NCBI GenBank assembly: GCA_023515725.1
Contig: JALDTO010000235.1
Span: forward strand, 418,371-482,370
DNA: 64,000 nt
Direction: 5' to 3'
DNA from: Amoeboaphelidium protococcarum X5
Taxonomy: Eukaryota > Fungi > Aphelidiomycota
Of this stretch, positions 37,990-50,724 are shown piece by piece. Position 1 is the first letter of the stretch. Each line of letters opens with the position of its first letter. Made by a program: the position numbers and the translations under genes. Under the pieces are notes generated by a model that saw only the letters and a list, made by a program, of their open reading frames with translations, was not told the origin of the DNA and made no database searches.

Positions 37990-40962
37990 ATGGAAAAATT
38001 AGACCAGGAATGGATTGAGAAAGAGCTTGATAATGTGCAGGGGAAATTTAATAAAATATCGAGTCGAGTAAAGTCAATGCATAGGACATTCTATATTCGG
38101 TCCACCTCGAGCTCGTTTGCTGTGATTACGACCCGTATTGGAGGACCCGATGATTCGCTATACGCAAAGAGTAGATAGCTCTGGGAGTTATTACCGCGTG
38201 GATGTTCTCAAATTTTCGATACTTTAACTGGGCGGTAAGTTGGTACTGTGCAAGGTTTGCGCAAGTTTGGCTATTATAATGATCGCGACTCCGCTCCTTA
38301 TGGAGATTATCGAGCGGCTGATTCCATATGTGCCATGATAAAAGAGAATGGAGAAAATGCTCAGGTATCTGCTTTCGAACATGATGGTATATTGTATTGG
38401 GTGGCCGGATCTAAGAATGTGCATATTATATTCAGAACCGCCGATGATCTCTCCCATGAACAGTATCACGATTAGAGATATGCATTCGCGTTGCCGATAG
38501 CTCGTTGGGTATGTGTTAATGCACCTACCAACTTTTAGCGATGGTTGGCTGATAATAAGTACACTGCTTGCGGGGAAGCTCTGTTTAAAGACTCGCGCCA
38601 CCTGGTGGATTATGGAAAAGTTGAGGACCATATTCGATTCTTTGCCGTGACTTAAAGTGTATCCGTGGATTTGAATAAATTTGGTCTTACTGCTCTCAGT
38701 CCGCAATAATTTAGTAAAATATTTAGCGAGAAATTTGGATTGAAAATTGCACAGTCTTATCGCGTTATATCATGCAACGATCCTGATCTAGTCAAGTAGC
38801 TCATGATTGATATCGCCTCATTACAGAACTGTGAGGGATGCGTCCTGTATTGGACCAGACACACAGGTGCGTTGTTGAATAGCTCCAATTAGGAGTACGA
38901 GGAATAAGTTGTGTATATGTGCAAAGTTAAGAGTGTCAGTTATGCTCTTGAGAGATGTATACGGCAGGCGACTTTTAGGTAGTTGGATGAAGCTAAAGTT
39001 CGTCAATCTGTTCTATCAACTGCTGCCAAGTTGGAACCGGAGTGTGGATAGGAGGCTATTGATCTTTGGATGAATTAGCGATTAGAATTAATGATAAAGT
39101 TTAGTTAGTGGTTGATATAGAGCAAGTAAATTGATGAACATAACCGTGATGTTATACAGCCTAAATGGCTTGAGCTATAGAACACGTTTATGGAATTAGA
39201 CCTGAAAGCGGGATAATAATATGTTACGTAGACTGAAAAACTTCTTAATGAGCGATAGCAAGGTAGTGATCATAATAAGCCGGTGGTTAGTGCGCTTAGA
39301 GGATTGCCTTTGAGTGGTAAATCTACGGTGGCCAGAGCTTTATTCGTCATTCTAAAAAGACTTGGTAACAGTGTTGTTTGGATTAATTAAGACGAATTGG
39401 GTAATAAGAAAAGATATATAAATGCTGTAAAGCATGCATATTTACAGTCTTCCGTCAAGTATGTCATATTGGATAAAACTAATAGAGCTGCCGAACATCT
39501 TTTGGATATTGTTGACATTTGTGGTCGCATTGATTACTTATTCACCTTTGTTCACCCTCAAGATCAGCCCGATGAGGATGGCGCTGGATAGAATGCAATT
39601 AAGCTGTGCTAAAGTAGATTTTCTCACAGACAAGATGGTCACAGATCTATAAGTAGAGATGACGATATCGATAAGATTCTGAATATAATGGCCAGAATGA
39701 GTATAAGTTTGTAGAAGTTATTACGATTCGCTGTTATATTAAAAGATGTTGATATGACTCTGAGCACTGGTGATATTGCAGCTTAGATTCTTAAAGATAT
39801 CTTCATATCCTCCTCCAATACTAAGCTGATTTAGCAATCTATTGAAGTGTCTCACTAGTACGAAAAATGCTTGTCTTAACTAGGTGGCTAGCGGTATATT
39901 TTCTTTGGTATATTCTTTGAACATGACATCAATGATCTGCTCAGTGAGAGTGGTTAGCACATTAATTTGTTTTGTGGTCATTGGCTTGAAGGTAAAACCA
40001 AACTTTAATCTCATCATGTTACTGTTGCATACTTTGGTGATTAGATTGATCCTGATTTGTATTGCCAACTATTTAGAATGGTACATGAGGACAACATTGG
40101 CCTGGTTAAAGTTAAAATCGTGTCTCTGCATGCGGATGATAAAGCTATGGCGGCATCTGTAGTGATTTTGGACGATAGACTGTCAAAACTCTGCACCTAA
40201 GCTCACGCTCATATTACTCTGGCACTCGCTCCTAAAGTTAAGCCTTTTTATTCTAATGAATTATTGACGGATAGCAGTGCTAAAGTTCATATGATCAAAG
40301 ACGAAGTTATCATCGTTGGTGGTAGGTTGCGAGGTGAAGGTGTTTCTCAATCTAAGTCTAAAAATTTGAATGTAGTTAAAGGAAGCAGCTGGAGTGATTC
40401 TTTGCCTTAATTACGCTTCTTATAGCAAAATGCCCAATAATCATAATTGAAAGAAGTAGTCCTAGCCAGTGATATCGGTGGTGTTATTGTGGAGAGTAAT
40501 CGGCGGACGTAAACAAGTGATCACGATATTAGTCGCGAGACTTCGTTAGTCAAGAATTCTGTTGAGGCATTGACCGCTATGGCTGAAGCTGGGTATAAGT
40601 TGTATCTGCTCTCTTACTGCGGTGAAGCAACTGAGAGAAAGACTAGAGATTTTCTGTTGAACAACAAAGTGGATTAAGTTGTCCCACAGGAGCGATGGTT
40701 ATTCTGTAGATCAAGGTCAGATAAAGTGCAACTGATGCAGTAACACGGCATATAATTGTTGATTGATGACACCGCGTCAATCATAGGGCAAGTTCGTGAT
40801 GCTGGACTGGAAGGCCTTCATTTTGGTCAGGAAGATACTGGTAATTGGAGTAAGGTTTTATAAAAACTCAATCGACTGTTCTCACCTAAGCAGTAGAGCT
40901 CGACTTTGTCAGAGTCATTAGCCAAACTATCACTTCAAAGTATTGATAGCTAAACAGAATGA
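37990..40962 (+). CDS. Trl1-like multifunctional RNA ligase: Rnl-type adenylyltransferase + P-loop polynucleotide kinase + 2H phosphoesterase + C-terminal HAD-like domain (990 aa)
   Basis: PRG..GLRKFG..KENGE (motif I, 38341), GSKNVH, CGEA, FFAVT, EGCVLY, CKVKS. GLPLSGKST (39301), NQDE, ILDKTN. HVT (40015) and HIT (40210). DIGGVI (40471), LLSYC, K, IDD (40762). Confidence 0.85.
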
Positions 40963-41048
40963 TGATCGTTTTATAATTCAAGAGGATTACAGTACAAAAA
41001 CAACTGTCAAGACTAATAAATTATATTGCCATCTAATAGTACTGTAAT

Positions 41049-41906
41049 TCACTTTTCCACGTCCAGCTTTCCAAGAAGTAAATGGATTTGAAATTGAAAC
41101 TTGATCTTACTCTATGACTGAAATGCCCGTTGGAATCGATCTTTGAACTTTAGAACTGGATTCTCCTTCTTATCTGCAATGTAGTTGTTAACAGCGGACC
41201 ATGTTGACATATAATTGCACAGATCATCGCAGCTGTACTCAACTTCATCAACAAAGTCATTTATAACATCAGGCTAGTCAATATACACCTTTTTAAATGG
41301 CCACGGAATTGTGCGATACTCTGCGTGAATATACTTCCACTGCTCTGGCCAGTATGGTTGTAAAAAACTACTTAATTCTTTTATTAGAGCATCTACTTCA
41401 GCATTATCCTGGCATTTCAAGATCGTGTGAGTCCATGCGGCAATGATGCTGTCACGAGATCGTTTCAACTTTAGGCATTTAGCATAGAATTGCTCAAAAT
41501 CTAACCAATGCAGACCACTAGCCACGGTGACCATGTCAACTTGACTATAACTACTATCTTATTTGATTTATTCAGCCTTTTCAACCAGATACTTGACTTT
41601 CGGATGCTTAATAGCATTCTGAATTTATTAAGTTGATGCATCTGTAGCATACACCTGATCAAAGTACTGTGCCAAATCAACTGATGCCTGTCCACTTCCA
41701 CAGGCAACATCCAAGACTCTCAATCGGCATTCGCAAAACTTGACAATAAATTCATACAGCGCTACATTAACAACAATGAGGATGCTGAAATTGGAAAGTT
41801 TACTGGTAGCATACATACCTTTAGGATACCTTGGACGATGCACTGCATATCCCTAAGATTAGGCACTGAAATAATCCGCAAAGTTGGAGGTTGTTTCAGA
41901 ACTCAT
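41049..41906 (-). CDS. SAM-dependent methyltransferase type 11 (Tmt1/Crg1-like); intron 41762-41818
   Basis: YAVHRPRYP, VLDVACGSGQA, ATDAS, DMVTVASGLHWLD, YMSTWSA. Confidence 0.9.
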
Positions 41907-42056
41907 TTTATGTTGCTGTTTCTCCCTTCGTTGGGGGAGACAAGATGAAAGCTGACAATATCAAAGTTTATTAACCGAGTGACAATTTTAAACCAACTTT
42001 AACACGACGTGAGAAATAAAAATCACTTATGCAATTGTAAACTTGATTTTTTAACA

Positions 42057-43319
42057 TCACATGTTAATTCTTATGTCAGCTACATAGTGATGAACACGGG
42101 GACTATAACTCTTGACGCGCTCAAGGTGAAACAGTTCCACGTTAAGATGCGTATCGTCAATTGTTTCAGACTGGAGGCGCTCAGTCAGCAATTAACGAAT
42201 TCTAGACACCACGTATACCTTCCACTAATCAATCTCCGTATCAGATACATTTTCATGTATATGTAGCCATTTGATGTAGGGACGGTCTGTGTCCACTGCA
42301 GCAGTATCTCCCAGTTTAAGAGCCTCTATTGCCAATGGCCAGCCAGTTTCTGATGACGGAAGAAGTCCAAGATTGACACGATCGACTTTATTGCGATAGA
42401 CATGCAAATATTCGCGATTGTTGCCATAAAGTACCTGAATTCGTGAATCTATATTCTCATCACTATCATTGTTGTCAGACGGATTCCAGTTACTAAAGGG
42501 AATCTTGTGGTGGATTAAACTCTTCTACAATCCTAGGATACTGTACTAGTTCATTTCACACGCGTATACAAACCTGGCTTTCCGATGCACCAGATATGGC
42601 AATGTGAAATATCCAATTCCAGCGTATAGATCCAAGATAACATCACCATCACCGCGGTCATTGACGGGCGTAAACACGCTATCCATCTAAGCAATGCGCA
42701 ACTTTTCAGTGATATTACCACGGCAGAACATTGTTCGCTGCGGATTCCAGTTGTATTAAATTCCATTCTGAGTGACGCTTGTCCAAAAGTCCTCAAAATC
42801 GCGTGTACTGCAATTAAAGTTTTATTTAAGCACACCATCTCTCATGAGCCATTACAGTCTTGGACTCCGAATATCATCTGTATCTATTTCACCTTTAATA
42901 GCTAAATTACTCACTTTAAAACTTTACAATAAATGCCGTTATATTTGATCAGGCTCATCCGCGAACATAGTTGAAAATGTTTACTTGCCCGGCCAATTTT
43001 GTGGAAATACTACCAGATTGTCAAAGATTTCATACCTCTTTGGTAATAATTGGTTTAAATAAGTATCGCTAGACTATTATACGACAGTCTATTCAGTCTG
43101 TTCAATATTATAATTGAAATCCCATTATTGTTAGGCGCGTTACTTTAGTTTTGACAATCCAATGGCATCCACATTCAGCGTAACTTAATGCATATCACGG
43201 CCATCAGTATCATCAACAGTGTTATCATATCGAGGTCTCGAATACTTAATATTTAGACTCTACAACTATGTAAAGACCATAAAAGTAAACTATTTATCAA
43301 ATACGAGACTGTACAACAT
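42057..43319 (-). CDS. TYW2: tRNA wybutosine-synthesizing protein 2 (Trm12), 420 aa
   Basis: LPKRYE, MFCRGNITEK, DLYAGIGYFT, VDRVNLGLLPSSE, WLHIHENV, VKSYSPRVHHYV. Confidence 0.92.
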
Positions 43320-43376
43320 TTTATACAAATTTTATTAAATTTTAAAGAGCAAATGTTAATCTCAATAAGTGCCTAA

Positions 43377-44030
43377 TCAGGATTTTAGAGCTTCAAGGCG
43401 CGCCTCCATCTCGCCATCATCCTCAAGGAGAGTTGAACCATCAACCACAACTTCCTCACCTGAGACAGGCAACTTGTCAGATACTTATCCACCGGCTCCG
43501 AGAACGCCACTCGTCACCTCCATAAGAATCTTGTCAACTTCTTCGTCAGCCTCGCCTTCAATCTCATCATCATCCAGTGCATTATCTAGGGTGTCGCCGA
43601 TCATTTCCTCAATCAGACCAGCCTTCATCATCTCACGACTCATCTCCTCCATCACCAAATTCATATCCTTCATCTTGCTCAGACTACCCATAATCTTCAT
43701 GATATCTGTGGATTTCTTGAGCGATCCGACAACCTTGAGCTGACTCAATTGCAACTACAACTGCATCTGAACAGAGTTCAACTACGCTTTGCTTGTGTGT
43801 ATTCGCTCCTTCTACTTATTGCTCCGATACAGCTCCATGGCGAGTGACTTCATACTCCTCCTATCAGCATTCTTCTTAGCCATCTCCTTCAATGACCGCT
43901 TCACTTTAACCTCCTCTGCCTCGATGGACCTCAACTATCGATCCATCTGCCGTTCTTGCGATTTAATGTTCTATCTCCACTTCTTCACCATGTCCTCCGG
44001 CGATAATTACTTTCCAAATATTCGCTGCAT
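43377..44030 (-). CDS. VPS24: ESCRT-III subunit Vps24/CHMP3 (217 aa)
   Basis: SKAQLNSV.MQL, SREMMKAGLIEEM, EADEEVDKILME, C-terminal MEARLEALKS. Confidence 0.95.
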
Positions 44031-44216
44031 TATAACGATTTATTAATGATACAATCAAGTTCGATGTCTGAACAATACTCACCGCTTAATAGCTTTAAAC
44101 GTCTCCATTGGAAGAAGAATCTTTAATGAAGCGAGCGTTGTTCTCTCTTCTTCTCCTTTCAGATCGTGTAGTTTAGGCAGAAAGCGTTAGATTTAAGACT
44201 GATTTGAGTTATAAAA

Positions 44217-45791
44217 ATGTCTAGGGAGTAGTATTAGAATTCACAGTAATCCGGGTAGCATAGATAGTATTTGAGTACGCGCGAGTATCAACAGTAGAAT
44301 ACTGGCGATCATCATCATAGGCCGTAGTAATAATAATAGTAATTGTATGCTCGACACGAAGCTCCTGGATATGGAAGATCTGATGGCATGTATAATAATG
44401 ACAGATATTCGCGGTATCATCCTTATTAGCGTGCCCATACTGGTGTCTAACACTACCCCCATTATGAGCAGGCGCGTTATGGCGGCCATTATGATGACCC
44501 GCGACAATATGATGAGACTCGACAACAACACCTTTATCCGAGCGGTGGTGGACCAATGGCTTCGTAAAGGTACTCCAGTGGTGGTGGTGGTGGTGGTGTA
44601 AGTCGCGCACACTCTGGCTCAAGGTAAGGACGTCCTTAGACGGAAGAGTCTTATACTAGTGACCCGTCCGTTCTACCTCTGAGTGAATGGCCACGTCCGT
44701 TAAAGTTTTGGGATCAGAAGCCAGCCGGTTATGAACATCTTACTGCTGGTCAGGCAAAGACGACCGGTCTATTTCCTAAAGGCGGGCTTGGTATTCCATT
44801 TTCAGCGATTCCCAATGATGCTTAATAGTTTGCGGGGGTTGATCTCACAGTCGATAATGATCCAGAACTTAGTAAGAAGCGATTGGTGTACATAGGTGGA
44901 CTATTGTCGGACATTGATATTGCCACATTTACTAAATTCTTGAAATGTGATCTCCTCAAAAGATGTGGATTGAACGATACTGCAGTGGAGTAGATCGACT
45001 TCAATCTTGATTAGAATTATGTGTATGTGTTATTTAAAAAAGAGTAGGATGCAGAATAATTTAATGCTGAAATGTTCTAATAGTAGTAGACTAAAAAGAT
45101 GGTACAGTTCAATGGATAAAAGCTGGATATTCGGCGCGATAACATTGCCACATCAGCCACATACTCCAATAAAGTTAAGGCAGAATCCAAGTATAAGATT
45201 AAGATATCTAACATTCCCACCTTCTTGCAGTAGGAACATGTCAGATAGTTTGTAGAATCATTTGGTGAATTGAAGCATTTGGATCTTATACACGGCGGTG
45301 GATACGCGTTCTGTGAGTATCTAGATTCTACTGTGACTGATTATGCGTGTAAAGGACTGACCGGTATCAAGTTGTGTGGTCTTTATGTTGTTGCCGAGCG
45401 AGTTAACAAGAAGTAGACTACTCTGCTGTAGAAGAATTTAGAAAGTCTAATTGAGCAATTGCAACAAATCAAACACTATCCATCAACACCTGTCATTTGT
45501 CTGTACAACGTGCTGACCAATGATGAGCTCAAAGATGAACGCGTATACAATCGAACTCTGTTAGAGATTAATGCTGAGTTGGCCAAGTGCGCCAAAATTG
45601 TATCGATGCATGCACCAAAGATGGATCCGCAAGATAATTATGTCCCTGGTCTGGGCAGAGTGTTTATCGAGTTTAAAGATATAAAGTCAGCTGAACGGGC
45701 ACTAGGCAGTATTGCTGGCAGAAAATACAATGGGCGAATAGTGTATGGAAGTTATCTCTCAAAACTGCGTTACGAGACTCGTGATTTTTGA
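44217..45791 (+). CDS. U2AF2: U2AF large subunit (U2AF65/Mud2-like), divergent, 524 aa
   Basis: FWDQKPAGYEHLTAGQAKATGLF (U2AF35-binding region), two RRMs (GYAFCEY), C-terminal UHM GLGRVFIEF..AGRKYNGRIV. Confidence 0.88.
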
Positions 45792-45912
45792 CCCAATACT
45801 TGGATGCTAACACTGTCACTGTACAATTTTTATATTTATTTTTATTTATTGTATTCAATTACATAGTTAATCATCACTTCAATAATTATATCTCACTTTC
45901 TATTACTGTAAA

Positions 45913-46128
45913 TCATTGCTATTTCTGAAGCGAACGCGTTAGAGCCTGTTGACGCTCCAACTCCTTTCTATTCGCCTCCAATCTCTGCTGCTTCTCTTGC
46001 TCCACTTCTGCCATCACGTTGGCGCTCATCTGCAACCGCTCTTCAGTCTACTGATAATGCACATAGAATATAGTTGCAGCTGTCAACACACAAGAGGACG
46101 CGAAAGTTATTTTAGCTCTTGTCGACAT
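45913..46128 (-). CDS. PET117: Cytochrome c oxidase assembly protein Pet117 (71 aa)
   Basis: MSTRAKITFASSCVLTAATIFYVHYQQTEERLQM..Q.AL...L. Absent from the standard-code track. Confidence 0.85.
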
Positions 46129-46439
46129 TTTTACTCTTTGATATATACTGCACTGTGTTCCACTTTTTACAGATTTTGTTTATTATTACATCAGTAGAGA
46201 TTGTACGTACTGTGGTGGTTTCTCAAGTGGTCTCTTCACTCGTTCTATCGTCTCTCTCTCTCGTCCAACCTAAAGCGCGTCGTCAACTTTGAGCGTTAAA
46301 TCTTTCCTTGGGCGATTACTTCTTAATTGCACTGTTCTATTGCTATAATATATCCACTGGCAACTTTATAAAGAATTGGGCTATCTATTTCATCTTTTGC
46401 CCGATTATATTTTCGTAGTACTTGGTATATATATTGATA

Positions 46440-47225
46440 ATGTTGAGAGTTTGCAAGTTGAATTTGACATCAGCGTTGATTAAGCGTCGTGTTGGCCATG
46501 GACGTCAGTTGAGTCTCTCTGCAGTTAGACGTCAGGATGCAGTCAGCACCGGTAAGGATGGATAGGTTGCTAATACTGAAGCTCCATAGCAGCAACAGGT
46601 CAACTTCGAGGATGAACACAAGAAGACTGCGTACAAGTGGCTGTAAATGATGCCTGGTAAGGATGATGGTGAAAAGAGTCAGAACGCCGTGTTCGCCACT
46701 GCCACCACTGCTCTGCTGTTTGGCAAAGAGATCATTCCATACACCGGAGACACTGTGTACTTGATTCCGTTCACCATTGTGATGTATTACATGTTCAAGA
46801 TGGCTAGCCCGCCAATCGCTGACCTGGTCAATGCCGTGATCAAGGAGGAGGACAAGATTTGGGCAGACTCAAAGTCCAAGGCTGAGAGTAAGCTGGAGTC
46901 TGAGATCCACGCCATCTCCGGTTCTGGTATTACCGAGCTGGAGGACATGGTGAAGGATATCTTTGCTCAGGCTAAGCAGGTCACCAAGCTGGAAGCTGAT
47001 GCTTATAAACATTAACAGGAGGTTGAGTTCTATACCAAGGCTAAATCCATCCTGGACAACTGGGTGCGATACGAGACTGCTGAGCGGGAGAAGGAGCAGA
47101 GAAGAATTGCATAGGAGGTTATGGACCGTGTCATGGCTGCCGTGAATGACCCCAAGTTTGCAGATCGTTACCTGGAGCAGTGTATCGGCGATATTGAATA
47201 GGCTCTATAAAAGCAGAATATCTGA
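46440..47225 (+). CDS. ATP4: Mitochondrial ATP synthase subunit b (261 aa)
   Basis: Targeting peptide, two TM segments, AKSILDNWVRYETAEREKEQ, QCIGDIE. Confidence 0.92.
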
Positions 47226-48053
47226 GATGGCTGATTATTATGGATATTATTTCCGACCAGTGACGCCTTTTAAAATACATTGATCTAATTGAATTGATAC
47301 ATTTTAATATATTGTCGCACTTTATTACTACAGTACAGTAGTTATTGTAGCGCTAAATGAAAGTCCTTCAGAATGAAAGTTTCTCAAAATGAAAGGTACT
47401 CGGCCCGATATTACTTTAGATTAAGAGACGCTAAAGTTATAACATTTTATTTGTCAACCGCGAGGGGGGAAACATTCAATATAATGAATCGCGATAGAGA
47501 TTGAACAATATCTAAATCAGCAATCCCAAGCTTCTGTATGAACAAATCTGGTAATTATCATGATTACACTAAGTGATAGATCCTCGACTTAAGTATTTTG
47601 ATCGAATCGTCTCCTACAACATTGCATTTAATATAGCAATGATAGTTATATAACCTTCAGTAAATTTTTACCGCGCGAGTTAAATACGATATCCCATTGA
47701 AACGTTGAATTCGATGCTTTCAAAATCACTCGTTTAACTCGGAAAACCACGGCCGTGATTAATTAGATGATATTATGGTTTATATTCATTTTCATATAAC
47801 TAAAACTTGAGTTGGGTGAAATTGCCTTTGAATTATCCATTATATAACCAAGATCTACTCAATGAACAATTGGTTGTTGAATCGTGTTCTGGTAGCCGAG
47901 CTTGATCAGGATAACGACATCTGTTGTTTCCCTCTGGCCGTTTGCTCTTTTGCTATTTCTTTCAATTGGTAGAAACTGTTCCTTTTTTCTGGTGGTTAAT
48001 TTTGTCTAATAATACTCTATTGTTTAAAATAGATTATAGCTGCTCTCAGAGAT

Positions 48054-50453
48054 ATGGAGAATTTGTTAGAGTTTTGGGATCCAAAGACTGTCGGCAACTG
48101 GCTCGTTTTAGTGGGATATGATAGCTATGAGAGGATTTTTGTCGGTAACTTCTGATTCTTTCCATACTACTAAAAATCTTATATATATCCTTTGTAAATT
48201 ATATATGTAGAGAACGAAATTACCGGAGAGATGTTGCTCTATGCTGATTTGGATCTGCTGAAAGAGCTTGAGGTCAAGTCTGTTGGTCATAGAATGGCGC
48301 TGATTCGGGAGATTAGAGAGCTGAAACAGTCGCAAGGATACGAAGATCTTGCCGACGATCGATAGTAGATGGGTGCGTTACGTTAGCTGGGTAGTAATGC
48401 GGATATTTCTGGATCTGATGGAAATCTCTCCAGGAAAGCTGATGCTTAAAATTCTCGTCTTGGTCTTGGTGACAGTTAAAGCATGGAGCGATTGAATGCC
48501 GATGACAGTAAGCTTGAATTTGTATTTTTGTCACAATTATTGATAAATTTGGTATATGTAGATTAATTCGTAGTGGGTTTGAAGTAGCAAGTTGATTAGA
48601 TGGGAGAAGAATTGTAATAGCTCCGCTAAATAGTTGATGAATTGGTAAGTATTTTATGGTATCATTTTCAGCAATCAGCGGTGGTTATATTTAATGTGTA
48701 GATCAAAGAGAGAAGTTCAACTCAATTTGGTGACAAGTCTAGTTCGACGATTAGTACCAGCAATACTAAAAGAATGACTACCCCATCTAATCCCTCAACT
48801 GTGATGGTGGGTAAACAGAAGAAGTATACTTTACAAGGACTTTTTCCTAATGGCTAGAATTCGAGTGACAACGACAGGCGGCTTTCATCTCCTCTAGATC
48901 CTAATCAGACAGCTGGTGCTCTGAAGATATATGGATATAACTTGGAGAATAGAGAGTATGAATCTTACAAGTCTGTATTTATGAGTGTAACTGATACTTG
49001 TTCGAAGGTATTGCCACTGACTCTTAAAAAATGGAAGCTTGCTGATGATTGGAAAAAGTATGCCATCTTCATGGAGTATAAGGGGCAGGAGAAGTGTCTA
49101 TCGTACGATGATTGTCCGCTTGCTTTATATTTCTAATTGAAGACTGAGGTGGATGTTCCAAAGTTTTTCCTCAAGAATATCAGAGCCGACTCTATGAATC
49201 CGGCTATGAAGAATGTGGAACATTTATCAATTGTCGAGGCTCTCCGTAATAGTAAAGGTGATTTGTTTGGGAGGAAGATAAGAAGTATAACTAATACTAA
49301 TACTGATACAGACACTTCGTCTCGTGGAAAGAGCGATACGAAGACTACAGATATGACCACCACCTCTGAGGAATCGCTTGTTGATGCACAACGCGGCGCC
49401 TCAAGTGAACATGCAGAGGGATATGCGTCACCTGACAGTAATCGCAACAATTATGGATAGACCACCGATATAATTCAAGAAGAGGATGAGTTTTCGAATG
49501 CCGATTCTGAAAAGGCAGTTGCAATCTATGAGTACAAGGCTGAGAGAGAGGACGAACTTGATGTTAATATTGGTGATACTTTTATTATTAAAGATAAGAA
49601 TGAGACTGGCTGGTGGATTGTAGAGAAACAAGGCAAGACTGGGTGGGTCCCTGCGGGTTGCCTGCTTGAAGAAGATTAGGTGAATTAGGAGAATGACCAG
49701 AATTAGAATCAGGATTAGCAGGGTCTTGCCTTGTTTGATTACTCTGCGATCGGTGTAAACGAAATGTCGCTAAGTAAAGGTGATAAATTGATTGTGCATA
49801 AAACTTATCGTCATTGGTTATTGGCAGAGAAGAATGGACAGAATGGTTGGGTTCCCTCTTGCTATGTCTCAATCAACAATGGTAATGATATTCAGCCAAC
49901 AGGAGAAAACAGCTTTTATCCAAGCGCTGAAAATTTGAATAATGCCAATGAAAGTGGTGGCGAAATTGAAGTAGTGGAAAGTCCTCAAGATGAACCGGAG
50001 CGAGATGACCGCCTTGGAAATGTCAAAGTAGAAGGGCCACTAAATTAGAAAGAGACTAATATCATTAGATCTGATGCACTCAACTTTAAAGCCCTTGAAA
50101 AGAGCGATTCCTCATTGAACATTACAACCACGACTTTGAAGGTGATCAATGATAAGTCCAACACTATTGGAAATGCTCAAGGTGTCTCAGAGAGGATGCT
50201 AAAGAAAAATACCACTGGATCTTTCTAACAGTTTAATGAGCTGATCGATAGATTGAGGGATATGGCGACATCTCCTCCGGAAGATGATGATCATTTTGAC
50301 GCGCCGGGTCTTGACTCTGCATAGACTAATTAACTCACCACCGCATCGCTCTAATCTAAGACCAGTCCACACAAGAACACCTTGTTGAAACTGGACTCTC
50401 TACTCGACTCCTTTGATCCCTACCTTTCTGAGTAGTAGTAGTAGTAACTCTGA
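48054..50453 (+). CDS. STE50: Ste50/Ubc2-like adaptor: SAM + Ras-association + two SH3 domains; introns about 48145-48210, 48508-48561, 48645-48701
   Basis: SAM (W..V..WL..ENEITG..LKEL.V.SVGHR). RA (YKSVFMSVTDTCSKVLP.TLKKW..W..Y..EKCL.YDDCP). SH3s AIYEY..DEL..GWW..GWVP and ALFDY..EMSL..GWVPSCYV. Confidence 0.85.
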
Positions 50454-50724
50454 ATGACATATTACAGTGTTGAATTTATTTATTGTACTGAGTTAATCAT
50501 TCATTCAGAATTTTATTGATAACTGCCACATCTTGATGTTACACGCCAGATCTGCACTCGTGCTCGTGTGAATCCTTCGGCGCATGAATGTTGACGATCG
50601 ATTCAGTCAATCTCGCCCGGATCTTCGTCGGCAGAATTCTCTCTTTCTCTTGCCACATCTGGCTGCGTGAAACAACAAGCAACTATCGTTTATCACTCCA
50701 CAACAGACTATATAAAACCTGGTA

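Noticed and set aside
3744-43319. TYW1 and TYW2 (and ATP1 and ATP4) in the same window as a functional cluster
   Set aside because: They are more than 36 kb apart with many unrelated genes between, which is compatible with chance.
44221-44622. His/Thr-rich antisense and alternative-frame ORFs
   Set aside because: Shadows of the low-complexity U2AF65 N-terminus.
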